A stretch of DNA of 64,000 nucleotides from Candidatus Latescibacterota bacterium. GTDB taxonomy: Bacteria > Latescibacterota > UBA2968 > GCA-2709665. The stretch is taken from NCBI GenBank assembly GCA_965237675.1, contig OZ250150.1, forward strand, positions 1,728,001 to 1,792,000, read 5' to 3'. Of the stretch, positions 29,920 through 38,528 are shown piece by piece. A model generated the notes under the pieces. That model saw only the letters and a program-made list of their open reading frames with translations. It had not been told where the DNA came from and searched no databases. Both the position numbers and the translations under genes were made by a program. Positions within the stretch are counted from its first letter, which is position 1, and each line of letters opens with the position of its first letter.

Positions 29920-31113
29920 GTGCCATCCGTACCACGTAGCCAATGGAAAGAACACAGAGTGATCCGATTGAGTCCGGATGCGGATCGCGTCGAACTGCCC
30001 GCCCAGTCGCAGATTGTGACCGAAAGCTGGAACCGGGTGGTGGCCGTGCCCCACATTGTGTATATGCCCGAGAAGGAACGGGTGCTCATGTTGCTCAGTT
30101 GCGACTATCCCGGCAGTCCCTGGATACACTTCGCCGTGGTCCTGTTCAGCGACGACCGGGGCGCCACGTGGAGCGATCCTGCGTACGTACACACCGACAC
30201 ACAGGGCAACCCCGGCTGCGGGCTCGGGCACGCGCTGACCTATCTGGGCGCGGGCGAATTGATCCTGGTTTCGCACCATCCGCCCCTGCGCTGGTTCAGC
30301 GCCGATTTTGGAGAGACGTGGGGAGACACGGTGCCCGTGGAGCCGGCGCCCGGCGGAAAAAGGTGGATGGCCTGGGACCCGGTACTGGTGGACCTGGATC
30401 CAAAGACGGGCAGGGTGGCCCGTCTGATGGAAACGGGATATTACGGCGATTCCGAGACCATGACCTCCCAGGCCTACGTCAGGTTCAGCTCGGACGCCGG
30501 GAGAACCTGGACCGGCGCCCATCATGTTCCGGAGTTTGTCGGCATCAACGAGGTCTGCCCGATTCGATCGGCCAACGGCGATATCGTCGCAACCTGCCGG
30601 ACCGATCCGCCCGAGGCGTACAGGAGCCTTCGATTCGATCACTACGAAGGTTTCGGAATATCCATCTCGAAAGACAACGGTTACACCTGGAGCGAGGTCC
30701 ATCAGCTCTACGACTGGGGGCGCCATCACGCCAGTACGGCGCTTCTGCCGTGTAACTACATTGTAGCCACATACGTGGTTCGCCTCGGCTATCCCGACAC
30801 CGCTGAGGGTTACCCGCGGTTCGGCATCGAGGCGGTGGTGAGCCGCGACAACGGGCGGACCTGGGACCTGGAACGCCGCTATATTCTTGCCGCCTGGACA
30901 GGAAACAAACAGGGTTCGCCCTCGCCTGCCGGAAAGCTGCGTTCCGGCGCCTGGCAGGCGAGTCCCCACACGACGTCCTCACTTGTGCTTCCCAATGGCT
31001 CGATCCTGACCGCCTACGGCACGGGCTATCGCCAGCGGGATGATGCCTACGGACCCGGACTCTACGGCCCCCGGGACGTCGGTCTGTTAAAGTGGAACAT
31101 CGAACCGGAATAG
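29920..31113 (+). CDS. BNR/Asp-box sialidase-fold protein
   Basis: Five Asp-boxes: SDDRGATW, SADFGETW, SSDAGRTW, SKDNGYTW, SRDNGRTW; start codon uncertain. Confidence 0.85.
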   Translation: MPSVPRSQWKEHRVIRLSPDADRVELPAQSQIVTESWNRVVAVPHIVYMPEKERVLMLLSCDYPGSPWIHFAVVLFSDDRGATWSDPAYVHTDTQGNPGCGLGHALTYLGAGELILVSHHPPLRWFSADFGETWGDTVPVEPAPGGKRWMAWDPVLVDLDPKTGRVARLMETGYYGDSETMTSQAYVRFSSDAGRTWTGAHHVPEFVGINEVCPIRSANGDIVATCRTDPPEAYRSLRFDHYEGFGISISKDNGYTWSEVHQLYDWGRHHASTALLPCNYIVATYVVRLGYPDTAEGYPRFGIEAVVSRDNGRTWDLERRYILAAWTGNKQGSPSPAGKLRSGAWQASPHTTSSLVLPNGSILTAYGTGYRQRDDAYGPGLYGPRDVGLLKWNIEPE

Positions 31114-31190
31114 GGACTGCGCCCCGGCTGCATCGGGGCATCTCAACGGGGCAACAGGACAGGCGATTCGACACAGCGAAAGGGGCGGGT

Positions 31191-31961
31191 ATGATTACCG
31201 ATCAACAAGTTGAATTTTTCCGGACGTTCGGCTTTCTTGCGCTGCGCGGGGCGTTCGGCCCGGAGGAGATGGCCGAGATCACCCGTACGTTCGACGACAT
31301 GCTTGAGAACGACCGGGAAGGCCGGCCTTTTTCCGGCGAGATACGGCAGTCGCTCTATGGAATCGCCGAGCACCATCCGCTGCTGACGGATCTCGTCGAG
31401 GACGACCGCATCTATGTGACCGTGGAACGCCTGCTGGGCCCCGGGTTTCACTGGCTCTGCTCCGAGGGCAATCTGTACGTGGGCGAAACGGAATGGCATC
31501 CCGACGGTAGCCGACTGAACTTTCCGCCGATGAAGGTCTCTCTGTATCTGGATACCCTCACCAAAGACACCGGCTGTCTGCGGGTGATCCCCGGATCGCA
31601 CCGCCTGCCGTTTCATGAGGCATTGAGGCCCATGGATAAAATCGGCGTGCCCGGTGCGGACGTACCGTGCTACTTCCTGGAATCCACGCCGGGAGACGTC
31701 TTGTTCCTGAACATGAACATCTGGCATGCGGCCTACGGCGGCGCGGTGGGAAGGCGCCACCTGGCGGTGAATTTCGTTCCGGAGGCCACGGAGCAAGAGC
31801 ACATTGAGATATTGAAGGCGAACCACCGCGTCTTGATCGATCTGATGTCGCGGTTCCAGTACAGCCAGCCGGGCAGGGCCTTCACCGACGATTTTCTGAA
31901 CAGCGAAAGCCCGCGTATCCGCCGCATGGCCTCAAAGTGGGTGGAACTCGAGTTGCAATAG
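31191..31961 (+). CDS. Phytanoyl-CoA dioxygenase (PhyH) family protein
   Basis: QVEFFRTFGF, WHPD, GCLRVIPGSH, PGDVLF, distal WH. Confidence 0.9.
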   Translation: MITDQQVEFFRTFGFLALRGAFGPEEMAEITRTFDDMLENDREGRPFSGEIRQSLYGIAEHHPLLTDLVEDDRIYVTVERLLGPGFHWLCSEGNLYVGETEWHPDGSRLNFPPMKVSLYLDTLTKDTGCLRVIPGSHRLPFHEALRPMDKIGVPGADVPCYFLESTPGDVLFLNMNIWHAAYGGAVGRRHLAVNFVPEATEQEHIEILKANHRVLIDLMSRFQYSQPGRAFTDDFLNSESPRIRRMASKWVELELQ

Positions 31962-32051
31962 TGTTCTGTCCCGGAAATAGATTGCCGAATGGAGACATAT
32001 TTCTGGGACGGGACACGGAAGGCGATGGCGGCGAATTCGGGAGGGACCGGA

Positions 32052-33026
32052 ATGCACCGGATGATCCGGGTTTCCGAACGGGACGGATATAGCAGAAGAA
32101 ACTTTCCGTGCACGGTAACGGTGGGCTTTGAGCCCGGCGAGTTCACCGCGGGCGGCCCGGCGAGAATGCTGGACGGCGGCGGCGAAGCGCGTCCCGTGCA
32201 GGTGGACGGATTGGAGACCTGGGACGATGGCAGCGTGAGGACCGCGGAGGTCGCGTTTCCTGCCCGGCTCCCCGCCGGAGGGGAGGAGGTCCTCACGTTC
32301 GAGTACGGACAGGGGACGCCGCCGCCGCCCCCGCCGCAGCCGAACCCAATCGGGGTTCGCGCGGGCAAGGACCTGATCGAGGTGCAGCAGGGACCGGTGA
32401 TTTACCAGGTCCGACGATGGCGCTTCAACCTGGTGGAGAACGTGATTTTCGACGGCAGGGCGTTTCACGAGGCGGGAGCGCCCGGGCCGGCGCTCGTACT
32501 CAAGGACGGCAGGATCCTGTTCCCCTCGGGCGAGGTCCGGATCGATATCCAGACGCGCGGTCCCCGGACGGCCCGTCTGAGGGTGGATGGAACCTACGGC
32601 GGCGGATACGAGTTTGTCGCGTTTTTGACCTTTTACTCGGGGGTTTCCTGGTTCCGGGCCGAGCACGAGGTCGTGTCGGGCGATGTGTCGCAAATTGCGA
32701 CAGTAGTCGTCGAAAGCAACTTCAGCCTGCCGGATGGGCCCCTGCATTCCGCGTTCGGCGCGAGACAGCGGGCCGACGGCGAGGGCACAAGCTGGGCCGT
32801 GGTGACGGACAACGCGTCGACCGTGGACGTCGCGGCTGTCGGTGCATGGTCCGGGAAAGCCGCCGTACGCTACGAGGTGGAACCCAATGGGCGCTTCCGG
32901 ACGATCTTCCCGTTCCCCGGGCAGCCCTGCATCCTGTACGTGCACTACCTGACAACCCCGCCGATGGACCATCACCATACGCCCGCAGCGGCTATGGCGA
33001 CGGACCTGGAGTGCCGGGTAATGTAG
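32052..33026 (+). CDS. Hypothetical beta-rich protein resembling the N-terminal domains of YetA/exo-rhamnogalacturonan lyases
   Basis: ATG after GGAGG; PCTVTVGFEPGE...PVQVDGLETWDDGSVRTA, RGPRTARLRVDG patterns. Confidence 0.55.
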   Translation: MHRMIRVSERDGYSRRNFPCTVTVGFEPGEFTAGGPARMLDGGGEARPVQVDGLETWDDGSVRTAEVAFPARLPAGGEEVLTFEYGQGTPPPPPPQPNPIGVRAGKDLIEVQQGPVIYQVRRWRFNLVENVIFDGRAFHEAGAPGPALVLKDGRILFPSGEVRIDIQTRGPRTARLRVDGTYGGGYEFVAFLTFYSGVSWFRAEHEVVSGDVSQIATVVVESNFSLPDGPLHSAFGARQRADGEGTSWAVVTDNASTVDVAAVGAWSGKAAVRYEVEPNGRFRTIFPFPGQPCILYVHYLTTPPMDHHHTPAAAMATDLECRVM

Positions 33027-33046
33027 AATCCGAGGTGGGCGTAAAC

Positions 33047-34099
33047 GTGAAAAAAGCGACGTACCGCGTGGGAATCATCGGCTGCGGGCGCATGGCCAGT
33101 ACGATGGACGATGAGAAGCGCAGACAGCCGGGTCGGGTTCCCCAGCCCGGCGTTCTGGCGGGCGCCTATGGCCAGGTGGGCAGCACCGAGGTGGTGGCCG
33201 CCGCGGATATCAATGGCGAGAGGCTGGCCGATTTTTCGGCCAGGTGGGGCGTGCATCGCCTCTATGCCGATTATCGCGACATGCTGGAGGCGGAAGCCCT
33301 GGACATCGCCAGCGTGGCGACGCACGCGCACCTGCACGCCGAGATGACGGTGGCGGCCGCCGAAGCGGGCGTGAAGGCGGTCCTGTGCGAGAAAGCGATG
33401 GCGACCAGCCTGCCGGACGCGGACCGCATGATCGAAGCGTGCAGAAAAGCGGGAACCACGTTGTCTGTCCTTTACCACAACCGGTGGGACCCCCTGATGG
33501 TCCGCGTGAAAGAACTGGTTGCGGGGGGCACGATTGGTGAGTTGATCAGTATTGCCGGCAATATGGGCCCCGAACTGGTGCACGAGGCGACCCACATGTT
33601 CGACCTGATGCGGTTCTGGTCCGGCGAGGAGGCGGCGTGGGTGTTCGGCCAGTTGGACGGCGGGCGAAAGCCGCATGACGATCCGGGCGGCAGCGGTTAT
33701 ATCCAGTTTCAAAACGGGATGCACGCCTTCGTGAACGCGGTGGAAGGATCTCCGGTGGGATTCGAGTTCGATCTGGTAGGTACGATGGGGAGGATCCGGA
33801 TCGGCTACAACGTGGACGAACTCTGGACCTTGGAGGAAGGCGTCTATGAAGGTCGCGCCCTGGTGGGGCGGAAGATCCCACAGAACATCGAAGCCAGGAG
33901 CGGTGTTGTAAAGGCGATCGAGGAACTGGTAACTTGCATCGAGGAGGAAAAGGGGTCCTCCTGTACGGGCGAGGACGGGCGAAGTGCGCTGGAAATCGCA
34001 CTGGCGTTCCATATTTCCCACCGGGAGGGCGGAGTGAAAGTCGAACTGCCGCTGGACGATATCTCGTTGGCGGTGACCAACCCGAAATATTACAGTTGA
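33047..34099 (+). CDS. Gfo/Idh/MocA family oxidoreductase
   Basis: GTG 33047 after GAGGT; VGIIGCGRMA, VLCEKAM, THMFD. Confidence 0.9.
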   Translation: MKKATYRVGIIGCGRMASTMDDEKRRQPGRVPQPGVLAGAYGQVGSTEVVAAADINGERLADFSARWGVHRLYADYRDMLEAEALDIASVATHAHLHAEMTVAAAEAGVKAVLCEKAMATSLPDADRMIEACRKAGTTLSVLYHNRWDPLMVRVKELVAGGTIGELISIAGNMGPELVHEATHMFDLMRFWSGEEAAWVFGQLDGGRKPHDDPGGSGYIQFQNGMHAFVNAVEGSPVGFEFDLVGTMGRIRIGYNVDELWTLEEGVYEGRALVGRKIPQNIEARSGVVKAIEELVTCIEEEKGSSCTGEDGRSALEIALAFHISHREGGVKVELPLDDISLAVTNPKYYS

Positions 34100-34133
34100 C
34101 GAAAAGACCAGCGTACAGCTTCAGGATATCCGC

Positions 34134-34167
34134 TTGACACAGAAGTGGTATATACATACATTGTATG
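34134..34167 (+). promoter_or_regulatory. Sigma70-type promoter with overlapping operator palindrome for the brnT-brnA pair
   Basis: TTGACA 34134-34139, 17-bp spacer, TACATT 34157-34162; inverted repeat CATACA-T-TGTATG 34155-34167. Confidence 0.7.
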
Positions 34168-34168
34168 C

Positions 34169-34462
34169 ATGGAAAGAATCCGGTTTGTATGGGATGGGCG
34201 AAAGGAAAGCGCGAACTTCAGGAAACATCGTGTCTCGTTCGAAGAAGCGCGTACGGCTTTCTATGACGAAAACGCGGTTCAATTCTTCGATCCCGACCAT
34301 TCTGAAGACGAGGACCGATTCCTGCTCCTGGGAATGAGTTTCAAACTGCGTGTGCTTGTTGTCTGCCATTGCTTTCGAGAGAGTGAAACGCTCGTACGCA
34401 TCATCTCGGCGAGAAAGGCTAACAAGACAGAAGAGTTTGGCTACTGGAGGAGAAGATCATGA
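34169..34462 (+). CDS. brnT: BrnT family toxin (DUF497)
   Basis: FVWDGRKESANFRKHRVSFEEA, HSEDEDRF, RIISARKA. Confidence 0.92.
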   Translation: MERIRFVWDGRKESANFRKHRVSFEEARTAFYDENAVQFFDPDHSEDEDRFLLLGMSFKLRVLVVCHCFRESETLVRIISARKANKTEEFGYWRRRS

Positions 34463-34677
34463 GAGACCATTATGAATTCTCAAAGATGAAGGGACGCAAG
34501 AATCCCTACATCAAGTACCTCAAGCAGCCGGTCACCATGCGGCTGGATCGGGACACGGTATCCTGGTTCAAGGCTATGGCGGAGGAAACAGGCATTCCGT
34601 ACCAGACCCTGATCAATCTTTACCTCCGGGATTGTGCTGTCCATGAACGAAAACTGCAAATGAAATGGGCTACGTAG
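34459..34677 (+). CDS. brnA: BrnA family antitoxin (RHH)
   Basis: ATGA overlap with toxin; VTMRLDRDTVSWFK...GIPYQTLINLYL. Confidence 0.9.
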   Translation: MRDHYEFSKMKGRKNPYIKYLKQPVTMRLDRDTVSWFKAMAEETGIPYQTLINLYLRDCAVHERKLQMKWAT

Positions 34678-34743
34678 CGCCTCGCCTCTCACAAAAAGCA
34701 ATCAGCTTGAATCAAAAATCCAATCCGTTGACGTCAGCGCCGT

Positions 34744-34855
34744 GACCTCTCCCCCCGGCCCCCTCTCCCGCGGGGAGAGGGGGAGAAGATCTAGGTGTTC
34801 ATCAACCGATGACAGTTCCCCCCTTCCCCTCGGGAAGGGGGAAAGGGGGTAGGTC
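34744..34855. repeat. Paired palindromic REP-like element
   Basis: Hairpins CCCCCTCTCCC-GCG-GGGAGAGGGGG (34759-34783) and CCCCCTTCCC-CTC-GGGAAGGGGG (34819-34841); outer ends GACCT.../...AGGTC are inverted. Confidence 0.75.
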
Positions 34856-35053
34856 TCGCCTTATTGCGTGTCGCATCCTTCGTCCGCCCGGAACGCAGTT
34901 CCAAGACGCAGTAAGAGGTGAGCGGTCAGACGTAAGAAGGAGGGGCGATTCTATCTCACGGGAGGACATTGCGTTAATGAAGGGGCTTTTCCAGTGGATT
35001 CCCGAATGCGCCTGGCGATCGCATCTGCATGGTTGTTCGAAAGGAGTTACAGG

Positions 35054-37459
35054 ATGATGGGGATTCTGGTCATTATTGGAGCGGCGCTGCTGTTGATGGT
35101 GGCGTCACGGACGCAAGCATCCGGGCGCCCGGAGATTGATGAGACGCCCGCGAAGCCCGGCGAGTGGGGCTTTCGTCCCGCGGAAGGGGGTACGTCTCAG
35201 GTGACGCCCCCGGGGTTTTCCTGGCGGCCGCAGAAAGACGCCGCAAGTTACGACCTTCAGTGTGCGGGAGAACGCGGCTTCGAAGACCTGGCGTACGAGG
35301 CGACGGGGGTGACATTCAACGTTCACTGCCCACCCAGCACCCTCACGCCGGGCCGCTGGTTCTGGCGATTCCGCTTTACCGATCGGGCTGGAGAGACGTC
35401 CGAATGGAGCACGGTGAGGATGTTTACAATTGCAAAAGATGCAAACGCACATCCGCTGCCTTCGCGCGACGACCTCCTGGCGCGCATTCCTGCGGGCCAT
35501 CCGCGGCTGTTCGTGAGGCCGGAACAGGTGCCGGAACTGGGACGGCGCGCCAGAACGGACCTGGCGGTCAAATACGAGGAACTCGTGGCCGCCTCGGAGA
35601 AATTGCTCGAGAATCCGCCGCCCACCGAGGAGCCGCCGCTCTATCCCGAAGGCACGGTGCGGCTCAGTGAGGAGTGGCGCGCGATCTGGTGGCCGAACCG
35701 GGAGTATACGATCGCCGCCCTGAACGGCGCGGCGACGCTGGCTTTCACCCGGCTGTTGGGAGGGCGGGAGGAGTACGGCCAACTCGCCCGGGAATTGCTG
35801 ATGGCCTGCGCCGAGTGGGATCCGAAAGGGGCGACGGGATTTCGGTATAACGACGAGGCCGGGATGCCCTACGCGTACTATTTCTCCCGGACGTACAGCT
35901 ATCTCAACGATCTGCTGACGGAAGACGAACGGGAGCGGTGCCGCAGGATGATGACCGTTCGGGGAAGGGAAATGTACGGGCATCTCTACCCCCGGTTCCT
36001 GTGGCATCCGTACGGAAGCCACGATACCCGGTCATGGCATTTTCTGGGAGAGGTGGGCATTGCGTTTCTGGACGAGATCCCGGAGGCCGCGGACTGGGTG
36101 TGGTTTGCAGCGAACGTGTTCGCCAACACGTATCCGGTCTGGAGCGATGACGACGGTGGCTGGCACCAGGGCATGGGCTATTGGCGAAGCTACATCCAGC
36201 GATTTACCTGGTGGGCGGACATTATGCGGGAGGCAATGGGCATCGATGCCTTCGATAAGCCCTATTTCTCGAAGGTCGGCTATTATCCGATGTATCTCCA
36301 ACCGCCGGGTACGCGGGGCGGCGGTTTCGGGGATCTGACGGCCCACCTCGAATCCGGGCAGAATCGCGGCGTTATGGCCCTATTCGCTGCAATGGCACGG
36401 AATCCGTACTGGCAATGGTACGTTGAGGCGCACGGTGAGTTGCCTTCCGAGCCGGGGTATATCGGCTTTGTCCGGGGCGCGCTGCCCCGGGTGGAGGCGA
36501 AGCGGCCGGTCGACCTGCCGACGTCTCGCTGCTTCCGGGGTACCGGCCAGGCCGTGTTCAATACCGATCTGGAGGATGCCCGCAACAACGTGGAGGTGAT
36601 CTTCAAGAGCAGCCCGTTCGGGTCACACAGCCACGGGTACGAAGCCCAGAATTCGTTCCTGCTCTATGCCTTCGGAGAGCGGTTGCTGATTCGCACGGGG
36701 CGGCGCGACATCCACGGCAGCGCGCACCACAGACAATGGATGCACCATACGAAGTCGGTGAATAACATCACCGTCAACGGTGAGGGGCAGATACCGAACG
36801 CAAGCGAGGCCGTGGGCGAGATCCTGGATTTCCACACCTCGGAAACTTTCGACTATGTGGCGGGAGAGGCGGGCGGCGCCTACGCGGGCAAACTCGAACG
36901 GTTTACCCGTCGTATCATGTTCGTAAAACCCGATGCGATTCTCATCTTCGACACGCTGGTCGCGCCAGAACCCGCGAGCTTCGAGTGGCGGCTGCACGCG
37001 CCCGTGGAGATGGATGTCCTGAACCAGCGGGATGTAAGGGTCGTCAACGGTGGCGCGAGTTGCCAGGTATCGTTCCTTTATCCCCATTGGCTTGCGTTGA
37101 GCCAGACCGACCGGTTCGAACCGCCGCCACGGGCTCGCATCCAGCTTGTCGAGTATCACCTGACGGCAATACCCTCCTCGTCTGCCCGCGAACAGACGTT
37201 CGTGACGGTCCTCAGGCCGCATCGGTCCGGCGAGACGCTGAACGGCGAGGCCGAATTGGTGGAGATTGACGGCGGGTATGCGGTCACCCTTCCCTTGGCC
37301 GCCGGCCACGCGGCTGTGCTCTTGCAGCCGGCAGCGGGCCGGGTCCTGACGGGAGCGGGCATCACAACCGACGGCGAGGTCGGCGCCGCCAGGTTTGACG
37401 CTCGCGGCGAGGTGAAGGATACCTTTGTGGCGGCCGGAACGCTTATCGAAGCTCTTTGA
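35054..37459 (+). CDS. Secreted DUF4962/heparinase II/III (oligo-alginate lyase-like) protein
   Basis: ATG after AAGGAG; signal peptide; HPRLF, PYGSH, DGGWHQGMGYW, GFGD, SHGYEAQNSF, NNITVNG. Confidence 0.88.
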   Translation: MMGILVIIGAALLLMVASRTQASGRPEIDETPAKPGEWGFRPAEGGTSQVTPPGFSWRPQKDAASYDLQCAGERGFEDLAYEATGVTFNVHCPPSTLTPGRWFWRFRFTDRAGETSEWSTVRMFTIAKDANAHPLPSRDDLLARIPAGHPRLFVRPEQVPELGRRARTDLAVKYEELVAASEKLLENPPPTEEPPLYPEGTVRLSEEWRAIWWPNREYTIAALNGAATLAFTRLLGGREEYGQLARELLMACAEWDPKGATGFRYNDEAGMPYAYYFSRTYSYLNDLLTEDERERCRRMMTVRGREMYGHLYPRFLWHPYGSHDTRSWHFLGEVGIAFLDEIPEAADWVWFAANVFANTYPVWSDDDGGWHQGMGYWRSYIQRFTWWADIMREAMGIDAFDKPYFSKVGYYPMYLQPPGTRGGGFGDLTAHLESGQNRGVMALFAAMARNPYWQWYVEAHGELPSEPGYIGFVRGALPRVEAKRPVDLPTSRCFRGTGQAVFNTDLEDARNNVEVIFKSSPFGSHSHGYEAQNSFLLYAFGERLLIRTGRRDIHGSAHHRQWMHHTKSVNNITVNGEGQIPNASEAVGEILDFHTSETFDYVAGEAGGAYAGKLERFTRRIMFVKPDAILIFDTLVAPEPASFEWRLHAPVEMDVLNQRDVRVVNGGASCQVSFLYPHWLALSQTDRFEPPPRARIQLVEYHLTAIPSSSAREQTFVTVLRPHRSGETLNGEAELVEIDGGYAVTLPLAAGHAAVLLQPAAGRVLTGAGITTDGEVGAARFDARGEVKDTFVAAGTLIEAL

Positions 37460-37799
37460 CTACCATCGGTTTGAAAGGAAGCTGCCTTGCGTTTCAGTCG
37501 AGATTCTCGGATAATACCTTTGCGTATCCATCGTTTCCGTTCAGGTGCAGGTCGACCTGAATTCGAATAGATAAATCCGCACTATCAATTCTTCCTTTAC
37601 TCCTTTACCTTTTTGAAACATCTTCTTATAACCCGAGCCACCTGCCTCAGTGATCGACCGGCGATGATTTCCATTCTCCTGTGACTCCATTACCGGTCAC
37701 AAATGGAGAGCATTCTGCAACCGCAACAAGAAGACCAGACGCAACTGGTTTCGCCGAATGGTTCGTACGAAGTTTGAGCAATTTTGCTAAAGGATACGA

Positions 37800-38048
37800 A
37801 TGCCGCTCAACCTGTATCCGGACATCTATGCGTCCGGATCGTTGCCGCAGAATTGGATGCCCGACCGGGGAGGTACCCTCAAATATCCCGTACGTAACCG
37901 GGCAGTGCATCGTGAATTGCGGCGTGTGCGTCGCAGCAGGTGGAGAAAGGTCATCAGGCAGGGAAATCTCGGCGAAGCTCATTATTTCGAGCACGAATCC
38001 GGCAGCGTTGCCGGTGTCAAATACTATTCAAGCACGACAATGCCATGA
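37800..38048 (+). CDS. Small basic protein, putative stand-alone toxin domain
   Basis: 82 aa, Arg-rich, RWRKV...HYFEHESGSVAGVK; ATGA overlap with the next gene; lower-GC islet. Confidence 0.6.
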   Translation: MPLNLYPDIYASGSLPQNWMPDRGGTLKYPVRNRAVHRELRRVRRSRWRKVIRQGNLGEAHYFEHESGSVAGVKYYSSTTMP

Positions 38049-38422
38049 AGCAGACCTATCCATTTCGCATTGTGCTTTCAGACACGAGCCGTGACACTGG
38101 TGTGACAGACCAACTGGGATTCTTCGCACTTCTGAATCTGGGCATGGTGCAATCATTGGCCGCAGGGATTCTCAACGCAACAGAAGCAATTCAGCGCTTC
38201 TATCATGCGGATAACTGTCTCTACGTCCGAAAGCACCTTCGAAACCGACAGGCCAATGCGGTTATGAGCCACGGGATACAACTAACCGATCTTTTCGACA
38301 GTTTGCCGGCAGAAGAAGCGCAGCGCGAGTACCTTCACGAACTTGAGATGATGCGATCTCTATGTTTAAAGCTGCTGGAGAATGCGCGATCGCCCGACGT
38401 TGCCGATCGTGCGACTGTATAG
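38045..38422 (+). CDS. Small helical protein, putative immunity/antitoxin (DUF3969-like)
   Basis: ATG 38045 overlaps the upstream stop; LLNLGMVQSLAAGIL...EA...HGIQLTDLFDSLP pattern recalled from DUF3969 proteins. Confidence 0.55.
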   Translation: MKQTYPFRIVLSDTSRDTGVTDQLGFFALLNLGMVQSLAAGILNATEAIQRFYHADNCLYVRKHLRNRQANAVMSHGIQLTDLFDSLPAEEAQREYLHELEMMRSLCLKLLENARSPDVADRATV

Positions 38423-38528
38423 GAATCGAACAGGACTCCCACCCGATTCTCGTCATGATGTGAACGAATTTTTCGCATTTCGATCTCCCCTGACAACCGA
38501 TGCTTGGGGAATCATTGAGGTGAAAACA

